The notes beneath the pieces are model-generated. The model saw only the letters and a list, made by a program, of their open reading frames with translations, was not told the DNA's origin and ran no database searches. This document shows, piece after piece, positions 24,701-34,099 of a stretch of DNA of 64,000 nt (the stretch's first letter is position 1; every line of letters begins with the position of its first letter). Source of the DNA: Thecamonas trahens ATCC 50062 (taxonomy: Eukaryota > Protista > Apusomonadida); the NCBI RefSeq assembly GCF_000142905.1, contig NW_013657647.1, forward strand, positions 316,598-380,597, read 5' to 3'. The translations under genes were made by a program, and so were the position numbers.

Positions 24701-25036
24701 AAGGAGGGCAAGGGCTCGGAGATCATTGCCGTGGCCAAGGCCATCTGCGTCCTCGCCAAGAAGATCGCCAAGGACGCCATCGGCATCGGCAAGACGTGCA
24801 AGGGCAACGCCCAGCGCGGCATTCAGGAGATGGGCTCGACCATCTGTGGCGCCGCCACCGCTCTCGACACCTTCTCTACCCAGCTCAAGATCATCTCCAT
24901 CTCCAAGGCTGCCATCGCCGCCTCAAACGAGGTGGATGACGCTGCCGAGTCGCAGCTCATTGCCGTGTGCATGGGCATCCAGCGCTCAGTCATGACCGCC
25001 ATGGATGGTGTCGTCTCGGCCCGTCTTGTCAAGTAG
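18764..25036 (+). CDS. Giant vinculin/alpha-catenin-family protein, ~2090 aa
   Basis: N-terminus resembles vinculin D1 (IESLAESISQL...CKAIATGTCYLL); C-terminus resembles the vinculin tail (IIAVAKAI...STQLKIISISKA); Ala-rich helical bundles between. ATG follows actaat...cag, so an upstream exon is possible. Confidence 0.8.
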   Translation: MEQVIESLAESISQLTSYVLSLAEANAEPPPNLPENGSNVTKVANILVQVAHQTATAFKDYPDVQAEIDSEADKVGQFVTNLGDALNNIVVAADRAGAYKTLLGACKAIATGTCYLLILVYGARTKAILIKAQQAKSSLADYRTHVVKDAPSNELVTGVQDITNEMGYLAALVAAAAKEATDEDQKAMLAGHTQKIAGSRQNSINVANGWLQAPADEAAHAALKQDCDDLEALIDALIADLTPDSETDANAQLLAVFQGAQANQNERDRAAKANEAAARDLNATGNQGLAAGNRVSENEKPLMTAAGELGKSAAKLVNELKSNPDAFGPNAEDFKAKRDQFRDAGATAIAGEDDDANRAAIESGVGAVEAAGARLEAATAASNADPTSEAANTEVTEASKELQDALDALIRDAIKREEDAERQRREAAAAAEAAAAAARAEQEADAHAAIGPAAAAARDAANMQGANSAAADLLNAAAKLLADADQSVADAHHNPAAVPQDVATMEADTADFNDKGALAAAGATKVNPADGDALSAAVAAVAAAADAHNAAASAAAADPKSTDASNELTNATQSLTDAVDSLGAEMEKQRAAAAKRGLDAAASAAEAEASSEPEGSALKDFLDAGAALGNTAPSAIDAAQAGDASAAADAAAGVQNGVQAIVAAAKAAAADADSPEERRQVVAASATVSNAGSKLADATKAAGNTAPGTAEHTKALAAVNEAAEELAAGINELAAAGADKHYREARDALEHAAKRAQAAADDATQHHERSLLNGAATIASDSGSILDASHGESSPEAAAQLDADTKALNKEVVAFVNAGKAAASEVTDPDEAAKLKHNVKSVAKDAALVLKAQGAAVAAAATAANAPGTEGDAAALAAKNEVNQKMKDLAQAIEDMAADAEAKRQAEAIRRATKARTQGHGEELLGLREAIQAAGAAGDSANAADSSSKMREAIEELADISPDYQRKAALRDAAAKLGEAGASGDAAAMATAANTALATAATDAAAADLGDEAAKAGNAADAAGASTPIGKLLDAAKNVAKSGANLASDAKSHPENVPADVAALENANGVLDAAAEVARDALAAGEVDAAVVAEDLAAVHAASDALAAAATALANGATDDPALNEDVLRKGIALQEAVDKLVDDVRPKKSALEELNDNADNLLAALDKLEGCVDRKDGAGADPATSAVVEAAKALGVNLDDLGLTDAAAAVNDGSAAVLASSLPWQADVNDAAKTDAVKAAIDQLRKAANDGRRAGMGEAAGRDLDSTGAHADELAADAAGALPAEESRLLDAIKATAASAKTLVNDVSANPGSVDADAADLDSKVDTLGGAVDDVLAILDNQGDKSRLQQSMPVVRSAAAGLNEAAKASAANPDDAEAAKQTAAMAKALNDALENMIRDARDRALHAADAANAQAQDTLGALGPAADTLKDGATPEQIALLDATAAAADQAAGLVADHAAGGAGLDGAVAELEAAAGPAAGAADSAAATEVPRVVGGAKDAATSLATTAAAAEAAPTSVAAAAAAAGAAGETADALRDVLGEVVRQQRAAAEAALRDEAAASGAAASSVSEADAPLMEANSEVATKAADLLAEITSNPSGVEEAAKAVSKALAASNAANNEPNDAVDDAASELLTAAKKVAMSPNNVEAAAGVVKSGKALAEALAASRESKLAAAAAASAAALEDIKKRLDDAAAAIGTEPAGAVAAAGGAALGGAGGDGAVAAAAAALGADLRASGDNPALVNLLGELDSAAGALDSASNNAEREEAGSRLAAAMEGLAGWNTQRESDAARDALNAALFDLAGFDIDGLGDLLGLAGDLGRALGDLVGNLPGMNLADAQAGADGIDGLAGDLKAESRVVQLEKIKDKDLKNIVADAVRAMVKAASAESSAAREQDVPQSAAAGHKMAKAMAKFAEDLKAWREANAGGGEADAAGAIQDMAANLKSHAQEFTGEQASDPAVLAGLELADLMAKLAKAAKEGKGSEIIAVAKAICVLAKKIAKDAIGIGKTCKGNAQRGIQEMGSTICGAATALDTFSTQLKIISISKAAIAASNEVDDAAESQLIAVCMGIQRSVMTAMDGVVSARLVK

Positions 25037-25104
25037 ACGAGAAGCCAGGCACGATGCTGTTGTGTGAGATTAACACAAGTTTACAAACTCGTCGGCCACT
25101 GCGG

Positions 25105-28100
25105 TCACGAAGACGCCGATGATGACGAGGACGATGACGAGGACGATGACGATGGCGATGACGACGAGGAGGAGGCGTCTGCGTATCGGTCGTGAGCGGT
25201 AAAGGTGACGCTGGTGTTGGCGCTGGTGTTGAGATAGTGGTCGGCGTAGTCGGCGGGCGGAGCGGCAAACATGGCCGATTGGGTCTTGGTACGCGAGAGG
25301 CCTGAGACGGAGAGGGTGAGGCTGCGGGTGAGGCCGGCGTCAAGGGCGCCGAGGCGTTCAGCAGCCTTGCGGGCGCGCCAGGCCCAGGCAATGCCAGCGA
25401 TGCCCATGACTAGGCCTGCAATGACGCCGAGGGCGACGACGATGGAGCCGTTGCGGCGGGAACCGTGCTCGATGAGCATGATGACGCCGGCCGAGGCTGC
25501 AAAGATGGCAAAGTGGAGGCCGAGCTCGAGCAGGTTCCACACCTTTGCGCGGTACGGATGGCAGAAAGTGGCGCCGGTGAGCGAGATGGCGTAGACGATG
25601 AGAACGACGATGACCTGTGAGTAGGCAGATCGCGAGGCAAACATGACGGCAACAACGACACAGGCCTTGCGGATGAGAACAAGGAACTCCCAGCCACGGG
25701 CGCCGAGACGGTAGGGCCTGACGAGCGAGGACCAGATCGAGCCGGCGACGCCGACGCCGGAGCGGGTGAGATGGCGGACGCGCGAGGAGGCGTAGAGCGG
25801 AAAGATGATGCCGTAGGTGAGGGCGACGATGGAGCCAACAACAGCGAGGGTCATCCATGCGTTGCCTTCGCTCCGGGACCAGCACTCGGTCCTAGGATCG
25901 GCGTCCATGATGGGCTTGGTCGACCCGTCGCCAGCCTTCATCCACGAGCAGTCAAAGGCCTCGAGCGATCGCGAGACAACCGGGATGTACAGGAGCGACC
26001 AGGCCTTGATGGCAAGGCGACCGATGGACTTGGCCTTGCACATGACCTTGAGGAGGAGTAGCCAGGCGAGGAGGACGATCGGAATGGCGAGGCAGAGGAG
26101 CCACTTGGTCTCGTAGGTGATGTCGGTGGCGCATTCGGGCGGCGTGGCGTCGACGTCAAAGTTGGCCGTCGCGGCAAAGGTGAGCATCTGGCGGGTTCCG
26201 CGCGAGAACTGGACGCCCTGCATGCGGCGAAAGAGACCGATGATCTGCAAGAATGACCAGAGCATGACCAAGCCCGTCCGCGGATCAGGCACAAATGCGC
26301 GGCGACGGGTGCGGCCGCTGGCGACGTCGCCGTCGATCGACTCGCTGCCCGAAGCCTGGTCATCGGACGCATGCTCCGAGCCGTGGCGGATGCGGGTCTT
26401 TTCGGAGTGCTCGATGTGGACCGAGATGGCGAGGACGATGTGTGCGATGAGGAAGATGGAGATGAGGACGATGAAGACGACAAAGACCGAGGCGATGGCG
26501 CCGGCTGAGGGGCAGGCCTTGCAGATGGAGTCGCTTGGGTAAAATGACGGGGCGCAGTCTCCGCATCCGTCGCCTTGGTAGCCCTGAGCACACGTCGAGT
26601 TGCCCGGGCAGATGTCAGGGGTCCGGCAGGCGATAAAGGCATTGGCGGTGGCAGGATCGGGCGCAAAACCCGGCAGCGAGACGCACGACGTGGCGCCGAC
26701 GGCGTTGGTTGTCCCGCCGAACGGGCAGTTCAAGCAGGTGGGATCATCGATGATGCCATAGGTTCCGATGGTGCACGGCGAGCACTCGAGAGAGCCTGTT
26801 GCAGTGGTGCCGGTGGAGCCTGCGGGGCAGGTGATGCAGCGTCCGTCGGCGCCCGGCAGAGACATCCATCCACTGCCGCACACTGAGTGGATGACGAGGG
26901 TGTAAGCGTGAAAGTCCGAGTTGAACTCGACAGTGAACGGGAGGATGACGGCTGATGACGAGCCTGGCGAGTCGGATGGTGCGTAGAGGGCCTCGGCCTC
27001 GGGCTGGAAGTTGGGGACGGTGTGGGCACCGATGGCGACGAGGGCGACGGGCGAGGCGCGAAGGGCTTCGGTGTCGATGAAGGCGCCAAAGCTATCGGTA
27101 GGTCTCGCGCGGAAGACAGCGTCAGAGATGGAGATATCGCTGGATTTGCAGGCAGCCGAGGAGGTGTCGATGGGGCAGAAGGTGTGGTCGAGGGTGTACG
27201 ACGGATCGTTGTCGTAGAGAGCGAGGGTGACGAGAGCAGCGGCGGCGTAGTCGATCGAGGCGGCAAGGAGAGTGACCTGGCCGGGCAACGACCGGGATGT
27301 CATCCAGTTTGGCACTGGGCTTGGGAGCTTGGTGGTGGGGTAGAAGCCAATGATGTGCCACTCGGTCTGCCCGTTGAGGTTGCGGGTGAGGATGAGGTCG
27401 ATGACGCCGGCGTGGTCGGGATTGGCCGAGACACCTACGACGGTGGCATCGGCGGCCGGGTAGTGGAACAGGTCTGTGACGAGGTAGTTTGCGTCGGACG
27501 AGCCATCGAGAGCAAAGGTGATGACGCGCGGAGCAGGCATCGATTGCGAGATGACGACGATACGATCGGCGGTGGCGTTGCCGACAAAGTGGATGGGCGC
27601 GCCGTCCTGCGGCCACCACAGGTTCCTGGTGCTACAGGCGGCGAGCGAGCGCGGGCACGAGACAAGAGTGAGGCCAGCAGCAGCATTGGGGTAGACGACG
27701 ACGATGCGATCGCCGATGGGTGTGATGACCGGCTTGGCAGCAGGATCGGCGTGAAGCGCGTCGGGAACAACGACGGTGGCAGGCTTGGTGGCGGAGAGAT
27801 CGATAAAGTTGGAGCAGACAATGCTCAGGCTAGATGGGCCAAACATGCGTGGAATAGCGAGCATGCACAGATCGACATTGTCGTTGAGCGATGTTTCAGA
27901 GCGGGCATCGGCCCAGATGGCTAGGCCCTCGTCTTGGCTTGGAACGAGGTCGGCGACGGGATTACAGACCCACACGGTCTCGAGGCTATCCGAGGGCACG
28001 CCTGGGTTGGCGCAAGTGCGATCATCGGGGCTGCTTGTGGTCTTGAGGACGCACACTTGATAGGTGCCGGATGCAGCGACGGCGAGGACCTGGCTCGAGT

Positions 28101-28317
28101 TGCGGGCGAGGGCGATGGCGGAGGGAACATTGCCGCCGGGGAGCGGGTCGGCGCCGTCGTGGTTGATGAGCGCCTTGAGTGAGACACGGGTCGTCGTCTT
28201 GACTGGAGCAGAGGCCGGCGGCACAAAGTCCTGCAGCCAGCAAGCCTGCTGAGCCGTGGAGGAGGCGATGATGGTGGCGAGCGCGATGGCGACGGCCAGG
28301 GGGAGGAGCAGGTGCAT
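25105..28317 (-). CDS. Cell-surface protein: signal peptide, beta-rich ectodomain, Cys-rich CxxCPxG (GCC2/GCC3, laminin-EGF-like) repeats and multi-pass TM region, 1070 aa
   Basis: Hydrophobic N-terminus; CITCPAG, CSPCTIGTY, CAQGYQGDGCGDC; WEFLVLIRK and HPY...NLLE motifs typical of an expanded protist receptor-like family. Confidence 0.85.
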   Translation of the reverse strand: MHLLLPLAVAIALATIIASSTAQQACWLQDFVPPASAPVKTTTRVSLKALINHDGADPLPGGNVPSAIALARNSSQVLAVAASGTYQVCVLKTTSSPDDRTCANPGVPSDSLETVWVCNPVADLVPSQDEGLAIWADARSETSLNDNVDLCMLAIPRMFGPSSLSIVCSNFIDLSATKPATVVVPDALHADPAAKPVITPIGDRIVVVYPNAAAGLTLVSCPRSLAACSTRNLWWPQDGAPIHFVGNATADRIVVISQSMPAPRVITFALDGSSDANYLVTDLFHYPAADATVVGVSANPDHAGVIDLILTRNLNGQTEWHIIGFYPTTKLPSPVPNWMTSRSLPGQVTLLAASIDYAAAALVTLALYDNDPSYTLDHTFCPIDTSSAACKSSDISISDAVFRARPTDSFGAFIDTEALRASPVALVAIGAHTVPNFQPEAEALYAPSDSPGSSSAVILPFTVEFNSDFHAYTLVIHSVCGSGWMSLPGADGRCITCPAGSTGTTATGSLECSPCTIGTYGIIDDPTCLNCPFGGTTNAVGATSCVSLPGFAPDPATANAFIACRTPDICPGNSTCAQGYQGDGCGDCAPSFYPSDSICKACPSAGAIASVFVVFIVLISIFLIAHIVLAISVHIEHSEKTRIRHGSEHASDDQASGSESIDGDVASGRTRRRAFVPDPRTGLVMLWSFLQIIGLFRRMQGVQFSRGTRQMLTFAATANFDVDATPPECATDITYETKWLLCLAIPIVLLAWLLLLKVMCKAKSIGRLAIKAWSLLYIPVVSRSLEAFDCSWMKAGDGSTKPIMDADPRTECWSRSEGNAWMTLAVVGSIVALTYGIIFPLYASSRVRHLTRSGVGVAGSIWSSLVRPYRLGARGWEFLVLIRKACVVVAVMFASRSAYSQVIVVLIVYAISLTGATFCHPYRAKVWNLLELGLHFAIFAASAGVIMLIEHGSRRNGSIVVALGVIAGLVMGIAGIAWAWRARKAAERLGALDAGLTRSLTLSVSGLSRTKTQSAMFAAPPADYADHYLNTSANTSVTFTAHDRYADASSSSSSPSSSSSSSSSSSSASS

Positions 28318-28731
28318 GTTCTGCGGTTGCGTTTGACCGATACCGAACCTTTAATCAGATGCGGGAAAAATATGAGTGAGGTGATTGCGAATACGATCAC
28401 GGGCGGAGGAGCGAGCGCTGGGGATAGGGGTGAGATGATGTGTGTTGTAAGTGTGTAGGTGAGTGAGTGAGTGAGTGTTGCGAGAGAGAGAGAGAGAGAG
28501 AGAGGAAGTGTGTGTGTGTGTGGTGCGGGTGGTGGGTGTGGGGGGTGGGTTGGCCGGTGTTGAAAATTTTTATTGATGTGTGCGGGTGGGGGGTGGCGGT
28601 TGGCGGTTGGACGAGTCGGGCGGAACGAGTTGGTAGGTGGCGAGGTGGAGGCCGAGGTGGGGGCCGAGGTGGGGGCGGGGCAGTTGGACGGTAGAGGTAA
28701 CAGCTGACAACGTGAGCTTGGGCGGACGGGC

Positions 28732-29631
28732 ATGGGCTGCGGGCCGTCATCCGAGGGCCGTGTGGACGACGTTCAGCGAGAGAGCAAGCGCGGCGGAGGT
28801 CGGCAAGGAGGCGATGATGATGCTAGTCGGAGGGCAGCTAGCAGCGACGATGGCGGCAGTGATGCGGCGAGAGCCGAGGCAGAGGCGCGGCAGGCGGCGA
28901 TGGATGCGGCGGCGCTGCGGGCACAAGTCCGGCGAGAGCGAGCGGATCAAGAGGCAGCGGAGAAGCGGGTAGCGGAGGAGGCAGAGGCAGCGTCGCAAGC
29001 GAGGCACAGGCGCAGGAAGGACGGCGGCAAGGACGACGAGCCGCTGTCGGACAACGTGCTGATCCGGAGGCGGCAGGTGGCGGCACGAGCGGCGGAGCGG
29101 CGGAAGCAAGCTGAAGAGGCCGAGCTGAAGGCCAAGTGCACGTTCAAGCCAAAGATCAACGCGACTTCGGCAGTGGTGGCGGCGGCAGCCAAGGACGGCG
29201 GCAGCGGCGGGAGTGGCGGGCAGTCGAAGGGATCGGTGTATGCGGCGCTGACGCCGGCGCCGGTCCCGGTGCGGTCGAAGAACCTGCAGCGGATGGCGGC
29301 CGACTACGCGACAGGCTCGCCGTTTGCCTTTACCGACTACGTCGAGGCGCGCGGCGCATATGCTACGGCCTTGATCGAGGCCGAGACCGCGACGGAGCAG
29401 GCCGAGGAGGTGCCGGCAGACCACTTTGTGGTTCCATCGCCGCGGACGACGCTCCCGCATCGCAAGCAGCAGCTTGACCGTGCCAAGAAGGCGGTGATGC
29501 TTGACTTTAAGGCGTGGTACGGCAGGCAAGAAGCAGCCGGTAAGCCTGTGGAGCCGTTTCCGGACAAGGCCTCGGCTTTTCGCATCATTGATCGGCTCGC
29601 GGCGTCGCGGCAGCGGGCGCGGCTGTATTGA
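28732..29631 (+). CDS. Putative dually acylated (MGCxxS) coiled-coil protein with CTFKPKIN motif, 299 aa
   Basis: Starts MGCGPSS; coding-like codon usage. Confidence 0.7.
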   Translation: MGCGPSSEGRVDDVQRESKRGGGRQGGDDDASRRAASSDDGGSDAARAEAEARQAAMDAAALRAQVRRERADQEAAEKRVAEEAEAASQARHRRRKDGGKDDEPLSDNVLIRRRQVAARAAERRKQAEEAELKAKCTFKPKINATSAVVAAAAKDGGSGGSGGQSKGSVYAALTPAPVPVRSKNLQRMAADYATGSPFAFTDYVEARGAYATALIEAETATEQAEEVPADHFVVPSPRTTLPHRKQQLDRAKKAVMLDFKAWYGRQEAAGKPVEPFPDKASAFRIIDRLAASRQRARLY

Positions 29632-29840
29632 GTGGCAGGGGGGTGGAGGGAGGAGGAATGGGGGGGCCTGATCCGGAACCACTCGAGTGACCACCGCATC
29701 ACCATCATGACGGACCGCGGTTCCAAGCCGTCCAAGGAGCTCAGACCATTGACCGATGGGTAAAGAACCAGATCCGAGCCATTGGCCATGTGTCCCTCGT
29801 GATGAGGGGTGTGATGGGATGGGGATGAGTCGGGATGGGG

Positions 29841-30128
29841 ATGAGTCGGTATGGGTCATGATGAGTCGGTATGGGTCATGATGAGTCGGTATGGGTGATG
29901 ACGGGGTGTGATGAGGTGTGATGGGTCACGATGGGTGATGACGGGGTGTGATGAGGTGTGATGGGTCACGATGGGTGATGACGGGGTGTGATGAGGTGTG
30001 ATGGGTCACGATGGGTGATGACGGGGTGTGATGAGGTGTGATGGGTCACGATGGGTGATGACGGGGTGTGATGAGGTGTGATGGGTCACGATGGGTGATG
30101 ACGGGGTGTGATGAGGTGTGATGGGTCA
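29841..30128. repeat. Compound minisatellite: ~3 x 20 bp then 6 x 40 bp, built from related 10-mers
   Basis: Unit ATGGGTGATGACGGGGTGTGATGAGGTGTGATGGGTCACG from 29891. Confidence 0.95.
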
Positions 30129-30261
30129 GTATGAGCCAGTATGTGTCGGGATGGGGACTGGGCGGGAGGACCAGCAGGGTCACATAGTGTTACCACTGTC
30201 TCCACTCCGCCTCTGCCTCTGCCTACGGACACCACTTGACTAACCACTTAAGCGAGTGACT

Positions 30262-31525
30262 ATGGTCTCCCTCAAGGTTATTGGCATTGCCCTTGGTGTT
30301 CTCACTGTTCTTGCTGGCATGCTTATTGAGACGCAGGAGGTACGTGAGGGGAGAGGGAGGGGTGACGGGGGGGGAGTGGGGGGGGGGGGGACGAGGAGGG
30401 GGGGGGGGGCGACGAGGAGTGTGTGCGGGGAATTAGAGGGAGGGACTCATGGTGGGCGGAATGATGGTCATGTGACTGGTGGTGGCGGTGGTGATGGTGA
30501 TGGTGGTGGTGGTGGTGGTGGTGGTGATGGGGATGATGCTGCTGCTGCGATGGTGCTGATGCTGTGATGGTGTGCTGTTGCTGTGATGGTGTGCTGATGC
30601 TGTGATGGTGATGCTGTTGCTGTGATGGTGATGCTGGTGGTGGTCTGGTGATACTGCTGCTGCTGCTGCTGCTGCTTCCTCTATCTCTGCTGCTGCTGCT
30701 GCTGCTGCTACCTCACTGCTGCTGCTACTGCGATGATGCTGCTTCTCTGGTGATGATGGCTGACGTTCCTGGTCATCACAGCTCGACGGCTGCATGTTTG
30801 ATCCGGACCACCTTCACGAGATCGTTCAGTCGGTCATCTCTGACTATCCGGACCCGGAGGATGTGCGCGGGCGGATTGATGCTGTTGTGGAGCGCGTGGA
30901 CAAGGCGTACCCGGGGTACCTGCAGGGCAAGGACCGCGAGGAGTGGCTGCTCAACTTTGCCGGCAACGCTGTGGGCCAGATGTGGCCGCTGCGGATCACG
31001 CTCTCGTCGTACCTCATCATCTTTGGCACGCCGCACGGGCCCAAGGAGAACCCGGGCATTCCCGGCATGTCGACCAACGCGGCGTTCACCGGACGCTACC
31101 CGCTGGCCACCGACTTTTTCATGCCGCTCACCGGGATCCAGCTCGGCTACGCGCCTGGCGACATGCGCGTCACCGTCCACAAGCCCGGTGACATGCACAT
31201 TCTCAAGCCCGGCGACGCCGAGGTCTACGAGTTCCCGGGCTACATTGCCGGCGAGTCGACCGGCGGCGGCTTTGCCCTCGAGTACGCCTGCGGTGGCTCA
31301 GCACTCCGCGCCGGCGAGACCGCGCCGTCGGGCAAGTCGGCTGGCGTCCGCGGCGCGTGGAAGGGCACCAAGGCCACTCTCTGGTCTCTCTTTGCCATCC
31401 CCTCGATGCTGCCGTTTGGCCTCGTCCAGATCGCCACCTCGACCCACGACTACTACACCGCGTGGCGGACTGTTTACGTGTCGGCGTGGTACATTGTGGA
31501 GAACCTGCTCCGCGGGCAGATCTAA
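30262..31525 (+). CDS. ERG2 / sigma-1 receptor family protein; exons 30262-30339 and 30782-31525, 273 aa
   Basis: N-terminal TM, WLLNFAGNAVGQM, SSYLIIFGT, TGRY, ALEY, IPSMLPFG; phase-0 gtacgt...cacag intron. Confidence 0.88.
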
Positions 31526-31541
31526 CCAGCTAAACTATGCC

Positions 31542-32341
31542 TCACACCTTTGGCCAGAGCGCGATCGAGAGCGCGCCGGCGCCGTAGGTGTACGACGGGC
31601 CGGAGACAACCTGCATGTTGGTCGTAACCACCCCAGTGTCGTCTGCGTACGTGCCTGTCACCACGTTGATGGCGCCGGCGCCGGCGTACATGACCGCGTT
31701 GAACGGGACCTGTGCATCGATGCCATCCGCGCCCGGAATGGTGGTAAAGACCACGCCAAAGGCCGAGCCATCAGCCAACGTCGCGTTCACCACGCCCTCG
31801 AATGGCGCTGTCGTCGGCCCACTCTCCTCGTCGTGCTTGAGCGACGAGACGACGTTGAACGAGAACGTCCCCTGTCCCGTCGTGCCCGCCCGGTCTTGGA
31901 ACGTGAGAGTTCCTGGAATGTCCACACATGTCTTTGATGACGACGATGAGCACGGGCCCGAGAAGGTGGCAAGGATCTGTTGTCGTCGCCCAGCCGCGCC
32001 CAGCCAGCCACCGACCCCGCCCAGTCCCCCAGCCCGCAGCCGCATCAGCCCCGCAGTCAGCCAGCCCGTAGCCGCATCAGCCCCCCTCCCTCCCGCATGC
32101 CCAGCATGAGTCTCATCGCCTCACCTTCCTCCGTACACCCTCTATCGCACCCGACCCCCCCCCCCCCCCTCCCCCCCCCTCCCGCATGCCCTCCATCACC
32201 ACCGCAAGACGACCAAGCCAGAGCCCATGGACAACATACAAAGAGCGGAACAGGTGGTGGCGGATCTGCAGCCGATGCGGCAAGAGGCATGGCGGTGAGG
32301 CAAACCGCAGCAAGAAGAACAAGGACGGTGAGTGGAGACAT
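31542..32341 (-). CDS. Secreted beta-rich hypothetical protein; exons 32341-32240 and 31976-31542, 178 aa
   Basis: Signal peptide MSPLTVLVLLAAVCLTAMPLAASA; gtatgt donor and aacag acceptor in phase 0. Confidence 0.7.
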
Positions 32342-32495
32342 GATGACGAAAGGAATGGCGAGAAAGAGTCAGGTGTCCGTCCGCGACATACCGCTCTGCC
32401 CGGCTTTCGCTCTCTCGTTCGCCGTTCTCCTCGGCACCACCCTCACTACCTGGATGAGACACAGTGTTGTTTTGTACGGCTACACTCGCTCTCGT

Positions 32496-33762
32496 CTACG
32501 CGTAGTCCTCATCCTCCGGCGGCGGATCGTCGGCGTTGGCAGCGGCGGCACCAGAGCCAGCCCCCTCGCCGTTGCCACCACTCCCGGAAGCGCTCGAGCC
32601 CTCGCCTTCGGCCTGCTCCTTCTCGCGGATGACCTCAAAGGCGGCAATGGCGGCAGCAACGTCGTCGCCCGAGAGGTGCTTGAGCGTGACGGCGCCGTCG
32701 ACGCGGGTGAGGACGGCGAGCTCGACCTTTTCAGCATCCATCGTTGTCGCGTCCATGGCCTTGGACAGGACCCGGATGGCGAGCGTCTTGGCATCGTCGA
32801 GCGTCATCTCCTCCTCGTACTTTTGCTTCAGTGTCGACCGTGCATTCTGATAGTTGGACCCGATGGCCGTAGCCTTCCACCCGCCAAAGTTGCCCGACGG
32901 ATCCGACTTGTACAGCTGGTAGCCGTGGAGCCGGTCCCAACCAGCGTAGAGGAACGAGACACCAAACGGCCGGAGGCCACCGTACTGCGTGTAGCCCTGC
33001 TTGAGGTCGCACACTTGCCGGACGAGCTGTTCCACCGGAATGTCCTTGCGGTAGGAGAAGAGGTACCGCTGGCCGACCTGCCGCGCGTAGTTGACCAGAA
33101 TGTTGGCATCCGACGTCATGCCAGCCACTGCCACCGCAGTCTGCGCATCGATCCGGTACATCTTCTCCGCATTGACCGACGGCTCAAGGAGCGGCGAGGT
33201 GACCTTCTTCTCGGCCGCGAGGACAATGCCGTCCGACGTGAGGATGCCCACGCACGCACCGGCCTGGGAGATGGCCTCCATGGCATACTCCACCTGGTAA
33301 AGCCGACCTGAAATTAGAAGACATCATCCACAACATCCCCATCACACCCCATAAGTCTAATTCCTTGCCCATGCCCCCCTCACAGCCCTTGCCCGTCCCC
33401 ACGGCTTCCACCACCAAAAAAAGGTCGCCTTCGCCCACCGCCCGCGATCACCCGCCCACAGGTCGCCGTCACGCTCACCACGCTCTCTCTCTCCCTACAA
33501 CTTCCCTACCCCTCCTACCCATTTCATACTAACCGCAAAACTCTCCTCTATAACCTCATCCCCATCTCCGTTCCAACACGTCGCCCCTGCTCAGCTTACC
33601 CTCCGGTGAGAAGATGGTTGTCCGCGAGTCGTACCGGCGAGCCTGTCCACCCAACACCGCCACCACACTGTGTGAGTCATAGACCTCCCTTCCCCCCCCC
33701 CTTCCCCCCTCCCTCTCCCCTCTCCTTCTCCTTCCCTCTCTCCCTCCCCTTGTCCGTACCAT
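32496..33762 (-). CDS. PSMA4: 20S proteasome alpha-3 subunit; exons 33762-33760, 33642-33600 and 33307-32496, 285 aa
   Basis: Spliced [53 protein letters not shown]. Confidence 0.97.
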
Positions 33763-33883
33763 GCTGCGCTGGGTTGACGAGTCGAGAGTACCGTCCTCGT
33801 CAGTCTTGGCCACTGTTGCTGGACGTCGGGGGTGAAGGCTCGCGCTTGGCTGGCCTGACCCGACTCATTCCTTCGTTTGGATG

Positions 33884-33990
33884 GTTAATCGTCACCTCTA
33901 TCGATTACTGTTGTTGGACATTGTTAATCGTTACCTCCATCGATTACTGTTGTTGGACATCGTCAATCGTTCGATTGCTGTTGGTGGACA
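33884..33990. repeat. Degenerate ~39-bp repeat (2 full and 1 partial) in the divergent promoter upstream of PSMA4
   Basis: GTTAATCGTYACCTCYATCGATTACTGTTGTTGGACAT twice. Confidence 0.8.
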
Positions 33991-34099
33991 CGCATGCCAC
34001 CCGCATGTGCGACTTGTCGGCGAACCGCACACAAACACGCATGCACGCACACTCGGTGGAAGGGCAGACGACACGCAACTACGAGGAAAGAAGGCTTTG

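Noticed and set aside
22165-24822. 885-aa antisense ORF (also 45060-47597, 39080-40807, 8698-10227 and similar)
   Set aside because: Shadow ORFs expected opposite GC-rich, Ala-rich coding strands; no motifs
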